DNA from: a virus
Lineage: Duplodnaviria > Caudoviricetes
Length of the DNA stretch: 27,074 nucleotides
Direction: 5' to 3' (one strand)
Virus record (IMG/VR): IMGVR_UViG_3300006114_000052
Span: 1-27,074 of that record
The notes beneath the pieces are model-generated. The model saw nothing but the letters and a program-made list of their open reading frames with translations, did not search any database and was not told the origin of the DNA. Made by a program: the position numbers and the translations under genes. Of the stretch, positions 10,086 through 18,111 are shown piece after piece (within the stretch, counting starts at the first letter, position 1; each line of letters begins with the position of its first letter).

Positions 10086-10375
10086 TAGTAAACCCCTATT
10101 GATACCGTGACCGCCGCTGAGCTAGTCAGGGTTAGCGTTTTATCATTAAATGCAGCACTTCTGTAAATCGTAGCCGGCCCTTGAATATCTACCAAAAACC
10201 AGCCCTGTTGAACCTTGCCTAACAGATGGTTAACAACATTAACCCCGTTTACAAGCTTTATGTTTAAAAGAATAGAAACCCCGTTTAAAGGGTTGGCAAG
10301 CATGGGATTAAGCGTACTCGACCACTTCGTGAGCATTTGTTCATATGGAAGTTGGGTCGATAAAAGCGCCATCAC
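10085..10375 (-). CDS. Small virion (tail) protein
   Basis: Helix followed by a beta-rich region with V.H.LG; translationally coupled between adaptor and fibre. Confidence 0.55.
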   Translation of the reverse strand: MMALLSTQLPYEQMLTKWSSTLNPMLANPLNGVSILLNIKLVNGVNVVNHLLGKVQQGWFLVDIQGPATIYRSAAFNDKTLTLTSSAAVTVSIGVY

Positions 10376-11430
10376 CAGCCCCCGTTTGAACCGCTCATGC
10401 CGCTACCCGATCCACCACCATAAACCGAGTCTTTACGAGTGTTAGAAATCGTATCGGGTTGGCCTTGATCGCGGTTGGATGCAGATTGTTCAATTCTAGT
10501 CTTCAAAAACAGGATTTCAGCATCAAGCTTTGAGGTGTCTGAGCCTTCTTCCTTATCGAGCGCATATTTGGCCGCTCTTACGATCGGATACCTAAGCCAG
10601 CCCGAAACCCCGAGAGTTGTTAGGTCAGCGTCTTGGAGCAAAGCAGGAAGGCGAGGAGCGTACCACATTCTAATAGTTTGATTGCCCGCAGGAACCGGGA
10701 TCATGTTGATTTTATTTCCCATGACCCGATAACGCATATTGTAAACGCCGTAAATCGTAGATGTGGAGTTAGGATAGATGAATTGATTTCGATCAATCCA
10801 GTCATAGCGGTTAAGAGTCACCCAGGATGGCGTTACCGTCGAAGAGTTAACCTGCAAATCCATACCCGAAAGCTTATAAAAAGCTGAAGCAGGAGTCCCA
10901 GAACTGCCCCCATAAGTACCGCCCAAATAATTGCTAACCCCGTTAGGAAGGTCATATTGAAACTGGCTTCCGTTCGTAGGAATGTAAACAGGCGCCGCAA
11001 TCCCATAGTCCTCATATGTCGTAATTAGAATGTCGTAGAGCTCATACATGGCTAGCCTGATAAAGGCATTCCATTCTGAAGCTGTTACAAAATTAGAATT
11101 AACCCGGTCAGCCGTTTGTTGAGCGCGGAGTCTAAGCTCTCCAAGCGACATTTCGGAAGGTGGGGCGGCTACCATAGAAACAATGGTAGAATAAACGCTA
11201 GTGCCCGATCCATTGACCGCAGCCACTTGATAATAAAATTGAATTCCGACCCCAGGATAACTAATCAAATAGGAGTTAATGGTCGAGGTGGCTAGATTAG
11301 TAAAGTTAACGCCATCGGTACTACTTTGAATTTGATAAGAGGTCGCGTTTAGAACCCCATTCCAAGTCAGTAGAATGTTTCCGTCGGCTTGTTGCGCTAA
11401 TAAGTTTTGAGGCGCTGAAGGAATTGCCAT
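10372..11430 (-). CDS. Head-tail adaptor (P22 gp4 / T7 gp11 analogue) with N-terminal fibronectin type III domain
   Basis: aa 1-87 match FN3 (PSAPQNL...LTW....A.SY.I...Y.Y.V.A.N..G.S..S). Then an adaptor-like helical start MSLGELRLRAQQTADR...EWNAFI..A..EL. Confidence 0.7.
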   Translation of the reverse strand: MAIPSAPQNLLAQQADGNILLTWNGVLNATSYQIQSSTDGVNFTNLATSTINSYLISYPGVGIQFYYQVAAVNGSGTSVYSTIVSMVAAPPSEMSLGELRLRAQQTADRVNSNFVTASEWNAFIRLAMYELYDILITTYEDYGIAAPVYIPTNGSQFQYDLPNGVSNYLGGTYGGSSGTPASAFYKLSGMDLQVNSSTVTPSWVTLNRYDWIDRNQFIYPNSTSTIYGVYNMRYRVMGNKINMIPVPAGNQTIRMWYAPRLPALLQDADLTTLGVSGWLRYPIVRAAKYALDKEEGSDTSKLDAEILFLKTRIEQSASNRDQGQPDTISNTRKDSVYGGGSGSGMSGSNGGW

Positions 11431-11447
11431 GTATCCTCACAATTTAA

Positions 11448-11477
11448 GGGGCCACGGCGTTAATAGCCCGTGACCCC
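11448..11477 (-). terminator. GC-rich hairpin after the 229 aa structural gene (weak terminator or stabilising stem)
   Basis: Minus strand GGGGTCACGG-N10-CCGTGGCCCC followed by TTAAATT (poor U-tract). Confidence 0.5.
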
Positions 11478-11496
11478 AACCTATTACGATCTTTCT

Positions 11497-12186
11497 TTAC
11501 AGACCGTCTACAGTAACGCTTGATCCATCAAAGCGGAAAGTCATGCTTACAACTGAGTTGTTGCTTGGAGCAGTAGGAATCAAAACAGTGTTGCTTGAGC
11601 TAGTTGAGGACAGAAACTGAACAATCATTTGAGCGCCATTGTATTGAGCAATGTTTGAATTGTTCAGCACCAGGTTTGAATCACCAACTACTGAATATGA
11701 GTCAATCTGACTTGCGCCAGGAATACCCACGGTTCCAGTTCCAGTAATTGAACCATTGATTGCAGCTACAAAAGAAGCTCCAACCGCTGGAGTAAACCCT
11801 ACAGGGAAACCAGCAACTACCCAATTTGCAGCGGTAGTATTTCCGAGGGAGGTGATTTGATACACATTCCCTTTAGTCAGGCTGGTTGTGCCGGTGCTGG
11901 TAGCTGGAGCAATAACGCCCACAAAACCGCCGATATATTTGTTGAAGTTGTTAGCGAACTGAACCACTGCGAAACCAGCTTGAGGATTAGGGTTTCCTGA
12001 TCCAGCAAGGGGTGCAGAAGTGTTCATGAAAACATTAGAAACATATCCGTTAGATTTCAGGGACCGAATTCCAAGCCCGTTGCCGTTAGTGGAATCGACG
12101 ATAAAATTGAGGTTAACATCGATCGGTTTTGCAATGTTGGTGTAATAATGTTGGCCGTTAATACCAAACCCGCGAGGTACTGACAT
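11497..12186 (-). CDS. Virion structural protein (possible capsid decoration / minor capsid)
   Basis: Beta-rich, small-residue-rich 229 aa protein directly after the major capsid gene; AAGGA SD upstream. Confidence 0.55.
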   Translation of the reverse strand: MSVPRGFGINGQHYYTNIAKPIDVNLNFIVDSTNGNGLGIRSLKSNGYVSNVFMNTSAPLAGSGNPNPQAGFAVVQFANNFNKYIGGFVGVIAPATSTGTTSLTKGNVYQITSLGNTTAANWVVAGFPVGFTPAVGASFVAAINGSITGTGTVGIPGASQIDSYSVVGDSNLVLNNSNIAQYNGAQMIVQFLSSTSSSNTVLIPTAPSNNSVVSMTFRFDGSSVTVDGL

Positions 12187-12266
12187 AGTTCATTCCTTTA
12201 TAGTCGAGAATTTCTCTCGGAGCGGCCTCGACCCACCTAGCCCCGCAGTACGCATTTTAAATGCCT

Positions 12267-12287
12267 CAACTAGGTCGGGAATGTAAC
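12267..12287 (-). promoter_or_regulatory. Copy 3 of 21-bp motif GWWACATTYYCGACM....TG (putative late promoter/activator site)
   Basis: GTTACATTCCCGACCTAGTTG, directly downstream of the capsid terminator. Confidence 0.55.
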
Positions 12288-12319
12288 AAAAAAGCCCCCC
12301 AGGCAGAACCTGAGGGGCT
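12288..12319 (-). terminator. Rho-independent terminator after major capsid gene
   Basis: Minus strand AGCCCCTCAGG-TTCTG-CCTGGGGGGCT-TTTTT, 13 nt after the stop codon. Confidence 0.85.
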
Positions 12320-12332
12320 AAATTCAAACTAA

Positions 12333-13637
12333 TTAGGCAGAAAGAGCGACTTGCATATTATAGCCAGGCGCTGAACAGATCACATTACCGTAGTAAGCAA
12401 TCCGAATTTCAAGCGCATCGGCGTTTCCGACCCGCAAGCCTTCCAAACCTTCCATACCGTATGTAAGGATGTGAGGAGCTTTTCCGAGGGTACGGAGCTT
12501 CCAGGTGTCAGTGGTCAAGCACCAAGCAGTCTGGGGCTGGCAAGAACGGTCAGCAACGACTGGGATTTTGCCATAAGCAGAATGGAAGTGAATAGCTTCA
12601 AAAGCCACTTCAACTTCATCATGCTCAAGCATGACATATTGAACTTTCGCTCCAAGTTCATTGATCAGGGTCGCATAGGACGCAAAATCAATGATGATAA
12701 GATCGAAAGACGCGCCTTCGCGGTTTCCGTAAGCAAGCGCCTGGGTCAATCCTTCAGAGATTGTCAGGTTAGTTGCTGAATAGCGAAGTCCTGCAAGACG
12801 GGTAGGGTCTGCTGACCTGTTTACTCCCCAGAAGTTATCAGAGGAAGAAGGGTCAGAAGCTGGTACCCATGCAGCAAGCCCGGACAAACCAAGCAAGCCA
12901 GCGATGGTGGAAGCACCAGCGGAGCCAACATCCCCAAGAACCTGCAGGAAGTTACCGGCTGCAAAAGTTGATCCGTTACCTTGAACTACAGTAGCAGTGA
13001 TCGCGCCACTTCCGCGGTTAACAGAAGTCACTTGAACTGCATCAATAGCGCCAGAGTAAGTCAAAGCAGCGCCACCGTCAGTCAGAGAATTCTGAAGGGT
13101 CATTCCAACTTCAAACTGAACAACGGTTTGAGAGTTAGCCAGGGAGAATGACAGGGTTGATCCAACAAGGCTTGGAGCTGGGGAGCTTGCGATGTTACCG
13201 CGTGAAGAGGTACCGCCAGCGAAAAGCTCGAAAGCCATGTTGTTACTCAGGTTGCGAAAACCGTTATCAAGGGTGCGGGAAGCTTCATCAACGAAAGCGC
13301 CAGCGTTTGACTTGGTTTGCTCCATGAGGAGGTTGGTGATGGTAACAAGCTGATAATCCTGAACCGCGTACACGAAGTAAGAGATTACAGAAGAAGCAGT
13401 TTGCTGGTTTTGGGCGTTCGCAAAAGTGTGCGCCCGACCTTGAGGGTTCCCGTATTCCAAAGGAACCGGAATATATTTACCGGCAAATCCGTCTGGGGAT
13501 TCGTTTTTTGGAATCATGGCAAGCCATGGGTTTTTTGCGTACACGATATTCTTCATGTAGTCTTTATCGTCTACATAAAGTTCCTTTAGAGCAGCAATCT
13601 GGTTGCTACTATTTGCATATACTGGAGAGATAGACAT
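12333..13637 (-). CDS. Major capsid protein
   Basis: 434 aa, follows the scaffold, followed by a strong terminator. Capsid-like segments ALKELY...P..A...K, L.NN....LF..G, G..GL..W; SD AAAGGGA. Confidence 0.85.
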   Translation of the reverse strand: MSISPVYANSSNQIAALKELYVDDKDYMKNIVYAKNPWLAMIPKNESPDGFAGKYIPVPLEYGNPQGRAHTFANAQNQQTASSVISYFVYAVQDYQLVTITNLLMEQTKSNAGAFVDEASRTLDNGFRNLSNNMAFELFAGGTSSRGNIASSPAPSLVGSTLSFSLANSQTVVQFEVGMTLQNSLTDGGAALTYSGAIDAVQVTSVNRGSGAITATVVQGNGSTFAAGNFLQVLGDVGSAGASTIAGLLGLSGLAAWVPASDPSSSDNFWGVNRSADPTRLAGLRYSATNLTISEGLTQALAYGNREGASFDLIIIDFASYATLINELGAKVQYVMLEHDEVEVAFEAIHFHSAYGKIPVVADRSCQPQTAWCLTTDTWKLRTLGKAPHILTYGMEGLEGLRVGNADALEIRIAYYGNVICSAPGYNMQVALSA

Positions 13638-13651
13638 GATCTAATCCCTTT

Positions 13652-14656
13652 CTATTTCCTCCCGTAAAAAGCAGCTAGTGCCCTTTCCCGAGGAGAAGAT
13701 GGTCGAGTAGCGCCATCACGCGAAGTAATAGTCCGCATAGTCCGAACCTGATTATTTTGTAATTGTTGAGGTTGTCGCTGCGGCTCGGTAGGGACTAGCC
13801 TACTCTGTACTTTTTTGTATTTTGTGAATGCTAGGGAATCCTTTAGGAGCTCTTCCTCAACTAACCTTAGAGCTTCATCGGTTTCCAGGACTTCTCCCGT
13901 AACCTTGAAATTCTCTTCAATTAGTCGCAGAACTTCTGGGACTTTTCCCATTTCACGAACCAATTCAAAATCATCATTTTGAGCAATTAAACTTTCAGCT
14001 TCTTTTTTGATTTCAAAAATGACTTGCTGCCTTGCAACTTCATCGCGTTCGGCTTGTTGTTTTGTTTGATTTTCGAGGCTTTGCTTGAGTGCCTCTAGTT
14101 CTGCCTGTAGCTTGAGCATTGCAGGGGTTTGCTCATTCTGTTGAGATAGAATGGACTCCGTAAGTTGGTCGTAAGTAACACCCTCTTCCTGGAGTACGCT
14201 CAGCGGATCAGATTTGAGCCGGCTTCTGAAATCTGAATCAGTTTTAGTATTCTGATCCTGACTTAGCGCCTGTTCTCTGGCCTGAATCTCCCTTTCCTTT
14301 TCTGCAAGGGCGCGTTGCTTTCGAGCAATCGCAGCAATCTGAGGGCTAATCGGCTTGATTTCTTCAGGAGCCGAGCTAGCCTGTTCACTATTGTCGGAAA
14401 TGTTACTTTCAGCCACGGGCACCGGGGCTTGCGGGGGGACATCCCGAAAGGTTGTGGCGTTAGTTTTCATCTTAATGGACCGCATATCGGGTGCGGGAGC
14501 CTGGGCTTTAGGTGTTTCTTGGCCTTTAGGGGCTGGGGTTTGACCATTGGCTATGGCTGTGGCCCTAGCTACTCTGTCTGCTGGGGCTGCGGCTCCTGGG
14601 GCTGGGGCTGATCCGACGGGGGCGCCTGTAGATGTGGCAATAGGTGTAATTTTCAT
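13652..14656 (-). CDS. Capsid scaffolding protein
   Basis: Disordered Pro/Ala N-terminus, long E/Q/K coiled coils, basic C-terminal helix (SPRERALAAFYGRK); immediately before the capsid gene; AAGGAG SD. Confidence 0.75.
   Translation of the reverse strand: MKITPIATSTGAPVGSAPAPGAAAPADRVARATAIANGQTPAPKGQETPKAQAPAPDMRSIKMKTNATTFRDVPPQAPVPVAESNISDNSEQASSAPEEIKPISPQIAAIARKQRALAEKEREIQAREQALSQDQNTKTDSDFRSRLKSDPLSVLQEEGVTYDQLTESILSQQNEQTPAMLKLQAELEALKQSLENQTKQQAERDEVARQQVIFEIKKEAESLIAQNDDFELVREMGKVPEVLRLIEENFKVTGEVLETDEALRLVEEELLKDSLAFTKYKKVQSRLVPTEPQRQPQQLQNNQVRTMRTITSRDGATRPSSPRERALAAFYGRK
14386..14406 (-). promoter_or_regulatory. Copy 2 of 21-bp motif (inside scaffold gene, upstream of capsid gene)
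   Basis: GTAACATTTCCGACAATAGTG. Confidence 0.5.
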
Positions 14657-14665
14657 TGTATCTCC

Positions 14666-15058
14666 TTAAAAGTTAGCTGATTCCCATGATTTCTTTAGGA
14701 ATTGTTTAATTTTCTGCAAAAGCGTTTGTTTTGTCTCTTCTTTATAATAACTCTCAATGGGTCTTTCTGTCCCTCCGAGTGATTTAAAAAACTCTAACCG
14801 TCTAGCCTTAGCCAAAATAGGATCAAGCTTATTAACGCCCCTAATCTTCCCTTGATCTAGCTCAATTCGTTGTTCTTCCTCAAAGGCTTTAATCCGTGCC
14901 AGGCGTTCGGTTTCGCGTTTGTCTCGTAGCTCATCAATCATTCTAAGCTTTGAGCGCTCAAGCTCGATATTGAAAACAGGAGTTACTTTAAACTCAGAAT
15001 AGTCAGGCTTTTTGTAAACTTCTTCTGAAGCTTTCCAATAGTCGAAGTCTTTAATCAT
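14666..15058 (-). CDS. Hypothetical protein between portal and scaffold
   Basis: 130 aa charged helical ORF overlapping the portal stop (ATGA). Confidence 0.65.
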   Translation of the reverse strand: MIKDFDYWKASEEVYKKPDYSEFKVTPVFNIELERSKLRMIDELRDKRETERLARIKAFEEEQRIELDQGKIRGVNKLDPILAKARRLEFFKSLGGTERPIESYYKEETKQTLLQKIKQFLKKSWESANF

Positions 15059-16953
15059 GCGGATTGAGGTACCCCTACCGCGTTAGGCACCAGCGGAGAA
15101 GTTGGCAGAGGCGCTGCATTGGCTTGAGGGGCTGGACCTGGTGCCGGTTGTGGCGGCATGGCGGCCTGTTGCAAAGCTTGTATTTGACTAAAGAAGTTCC
15201 TAAGCAGCTGCGCTTTATGTTCTTCAAGATTAGCCGCTACATACAGATTGTAGTATTGGACCGTCAATTCTGTGGCGAGGGTCAAATCCATGAAAACATC
15301 AGGCGGCGTCCATTTGCCTTCCTCGACAATCTCATCAAGGATTTTAAAGATTCGCTCCTCTGAAGCATTAGAAAGCTTCTCGTTTTGTTCGAGGTCTGGA
15401 TAGTTCATGAGCCTACGGCCTTCTTTAAGGCTAATCATGCCGGCTTGAACCATTTCGGTGACCTTGGCAACCCGACCCGCTGGGTCGCGGGGAAGGCTCG
15501 ATTGATTGAAACACTGAATAACAAACGGGTCCTGAAGGAAGGACATTTTAGGAAGATTGATTTCTTTGGTGCCATCCTTATTAGGATAGACGGTCTGATA
15601 CTTACCTTCCCGTTTCGCTATATCAATCGCCTTATCAGTAATGAGATAAGCCAGATCAATAAAAGCGTTATCATACTTCCGAGACAGTTCAGCAAATCGG
15701 TCAGTTGATAGGTCATCGAATCTCCTGATTGCTTCCCCGGAGTTAAGCCCCTGAGGCTTCTGGGAGGCCGCCACCATTGAGCTCACACCACACTGTTGAT
15801 AGCCGTAGCTGATAAGCTTATCGCGTTCAGCATAGAGCTCGGGAGCGTTACATGGGGCGACTTCATAGGAAGGCTTGGTGCCTGAATAGGTAATAATGAC
15901 CCCGATCTCGTTATTGTGGGCCGCCTTCATGACCTTTGAGGACTGTTCTTGAAAGATTCGAGGCACTCCGACCAGGGTAATAGCTCTAGCAATCGTGTAG
16001 AGGATGCGGTTAAGGGTTAATTGAGTACCAAATAGCTGAGTAGCCAATCCCTGACCGAAAAACCCTAAGAACGGATCAGAATAGTTCATGAACACGAACG
16101 GGAACTTTTCTTTTTCCCATGGTTCATCAAATATTACGCCGTTAATGGTTGCGATGGTGTGCCGCCCATCCTTAGCACCAGGAGCAGAAGGCAGTTTCCA
16201 GCCCTCAACAACCATAACCTGATCCGCTACCGTCCGGCTCGAATCTGGGGCGTTATCAGGGACGGAGTTCGGGGTGTTTTTGATAATTTCTTCTTCTTTA
16301 GGGTTCCGGGCTAGAAGCTTATCCCGATCCATGAGCTTTAATTGATAAAGCTGTTGAGGCTGACCATTGATTGCGTCGTTATGATCAACGAAAAGGTCCG
16401 TGACCATTACCCGATCAATCTCTACTTTGTTATTGTCGCCTTCATACACCTTGAGCGCCCCGGTACCCATCACAATGCAGTCCCGCAGCATCTTGGTAGC
16501 CTTCTCATAAGCTTTAACCTGATAAAACTCACCCAAAATAAATTGGTTCATTTGCTGAGCTAGGTGCCTGGTACGATAATCCGCGTTATCGGTCAGAAAC
16601 ACCGGGCTTGGCCTACTTTGAGAGAGCCTAGACACCAGCGTATCGGTACAGGATTGGATGAGGTTGAAGGTAGGACGATCATCGGGCAGCGTCTTTGTCT
16701 GATCCATTTTGGAGACATTGGCCCCCGCATAGCTATAAACCGCTAGACCAGAATACAAACGAACATCTACGGCTAGCTGCCGCATTCTGTAGGTTTGTTC
16801 TTTTTTCAGATAGGCGGCAGTGCTGCAAAGCTCTAGAGATAGCTTTTCCTCATCCTTAGCCTTCCACCATTCGGCAAGCTGACCATAGGATTTTACCGCG
16901 TCCTTGGTTTTCATGGTGATTTTATCGACTGCCTTACCCTTTTTGATCTTCAT
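15055..16953 (-). CDS. Portal protein
   Basis: 632 aa; FNLIQS..DTL.S, D....G.G..KV, PF......P..GF.G.G, SG.A..... pattern of podoviral portals; Pro/Gln tail; position after terminase. Confidence 0.85.
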   Translation of the reverse strand: MKIKKGKAVDKITMKTKDAVKSYGQLAEWWKAKDEEKLSLELCSTAAYLKKEQTYRMRQLAVDVRLYSGLAVYSYAGANVSKMDQTKTLPDDRPTFNLIQSCTDTLVSRLSQSRPSPVFLTDNADYRTRHLAQQMNQFILGEFYQVKAYEKATKMLRDCIVMGTGALKVYEGDNNKVEIDRVMVTDLFVDHNDAINGQPQQLYQLKLMDRDKLLARNPKEEEIIKNTPNSVPDNAPDSSRTVADQVMVVEGWKLPSAPGAKDGRHTIATINGVIFDEPWEKEKFPFVFMNYSDPFLGFFGQGLATQLFGTQLTLNRILYTIARAITLVGVPRIFQEQSSKVMKAAHNNEIGVIITYSGTKPSYEVAPCNAPELYAERDKLISYGYQQCGVSSMVAASQKPQGLNSGEAIRRFDDLSTDRFAELSRKYDNAFIDLAYLITDKAIDIAKREGKYQTVYPNKDGTKEINLPKMSFLQDPFVIQCFNQSSLPRDPAGRVAKVTEMVQAGMISLKEGRRLMNYPDLEQNEKLSNASEERIFKILDEIVEEGKWTPPDVFMDLTLATELTVQYYNLYVAANLEEHKAQLLRNFFSQIQALQQAAMPPQPAPGPAPQANAAPLPTSPLVPNAVGVPQSA

Positions 16954-17184
16954 TTAGTTTCCTTCAGGGTTAGCCGAATAGAACATAAGTTGCTCGTCTG
17001 TTAACTCTCCTTGTTGGAATCCAAGAAGAGGATCAGGAATAGCGCTATCGCTAGACTCAGTTCTATAGTCATCCTTGGGCAAATCCCCTAGCTTCAAGCT
17101 CAAATTGCCAAACTGCATTTCAGTAACTCCCTGCTTTCGAAGAAGCTTCAGGAGCGCCTGTAAATCCTTTAAGTTCTCAATCAT
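16954..17184 (-). CDS. Small hypothetical protein (N-terminus resembles the AccB N-terminal segment)
   Basis: LKDLQALLKLLRKQGVTEMQFGNLSLKL; coupled to both neighbours. Confidence 0.6.
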   Translation of the reverse strand: MIENLKDLQALLKLLRKQGVTEMQFGNLSLKLGDLPKDDYRTESSDSAIPDPLLGFQQGELTDEQLMFYSANPEGN

Positions 17185-17834
17185 GCGGGTTTTGGGTTGT
17201 GTTGTTTCATTGAGCGCTGTTTCATAATGCGCTTGATAATATCTTCGCGATCGTGGTCTTCCTGTGCGTCGCCTAGCTCATCACCATCAGAAGCACCGCT
17301 ATTTTCAGTATGATCATCCAGGTCGCTAACGCTAAGATAATCGAAATCATTAGGATCATGGTCTGCAAGCTCGTGATAATCGGCCTCGCCCTCATCCGCA
17401 GCCAAGCCGCCTTCAGCCATCTTTTTAGGCTTGGGGTGCCGCGCTTCCATAATACGGGAAACAATATCACCACCATGAGCCATATGAGGAGCGGACTCAG
17501 GATCATCCTTTGAGTGTCCAAGGTGTTCATTGATGTCTTTTTCATCCTCATGTTCGGCTGGAGAGTTACGCTTTTCATGTTCTTTAGGCATTCCAAGATA
17601 TCCCGAGGATAGTTCCTCATCATGGATCATGCCGCCTTTAGCGTACTTCTGGGCCATAGGCATCTTTTCATATCCGGAAGCCTTTTCTTCATGCTCAATC
17701 ATTCCTCCCTTGGCTTTCTTGCGCTTCATTGCATAGGCAATCGCCAAAGATTGTTTCATAGGCTTTCCTGAGTGCATTTCGGCCTTAACATTATGCTCAA
17801 ATGCGGCTTTAGACTTTCCTTTTTCTAGTGGCAT
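17181..17834 (-). CDS. Putative internal head protein: DUF6496-like basic N-terminus plus AxGG-delimited His/acidic segments
   Basis: MPLEKGKS....NVKAEM.SGKP.KQS.AIAY, then AKGG x2, AHGG, AEGG; AAGGGG SD. Confidence 0.6.
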   Translation of the reverse strand: MPLEKGKSKAAFEHNVKAEMHSGKPMKQSLAIAYAMKRKKAKGGMIEHEEKASGYEKMPMAQKYAKGGMIHDEELSSGYLGMPKEHEKRNSPAEHEDEKDINEHLGHSKDDPESAPHMAHGGDIVSRIMEARHPKPKKMAEGGLAADEGEADYHELADHDPNDFDYLSVSDLDDHTENSGASDGDELGDAQEDHDREDIIKRIMKQRSMKQHNPKPA

Positions 17835-17837
17835 TGC

Positions 17838-18071
17838 TTATTTCCCCTTCTTAATGTGTGGCCCCTCTACATGGGGTTTATAGTCGCAGATTGCAAAAAT
17901 GGATTTTAAGCAAGCTGCCATGAGTTTAGTGTTCTTCTTTTCAATCGCTTGCATTAATTCTTCACAAGCAAGTTCAACCGGATCGAGACGGACTTTGTCG
18001 GACTTGCGAGTTTTAGTTTCTGGGGCCACGGAAACAGACCCCTCTTTATTTGAAATGTAAGGCAGTGCCAT
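17838..18071 (-). CDS. Hypothetical protein (start revised to ATG 18071, MALPYISNKEGS)
   Basis: GGAGA SD lies 8 nt upstream of ATG 18071; the ORF-track TTG start at 18086 overlaps this SD. Confidence 0.6.
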   Translation of the reverse strand: MALPYISNKEGSVSVAPETKTRKSDKVRLDPVELACEELMQAIEKKNTKLMAACLKSIFAICDYKPHVEGPHIKKGK

Positions 18072-18083
18072 AGTTAGATTCTC

Positions 18084-18104
18084 CAAAATGGTCGAAAATG
18101 TTTC
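18084..18104 (-). promoter_or_regulatory. Copy 1 of 21-bp motif (intergenic, at the start of the head module)
   Basis: GAAACATTTTCGACCATTTTG, between the TerL stop and the next SD. Confidence 0.55.
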
Positions 18105-18111
18105 ATTTTAA

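Noticed and set aside
12333-12400. Programmed frameshift or readthrough extending the capsid protein
   Set aside because: No slippery heptamer seen near the 3' end; the TAA is followed by a strong terminator.
1901-17623. Short same-strand alternative-frame ORFs (1901..2092, 3060..3266, 4229..4507, 4997..5182, 6397..6621, 8819..9013, 10833..11015, 17273..17623)
   Set aside because: Nested in real genes and lacking protein-like motifs, unlike the methyltransferase beta frame.
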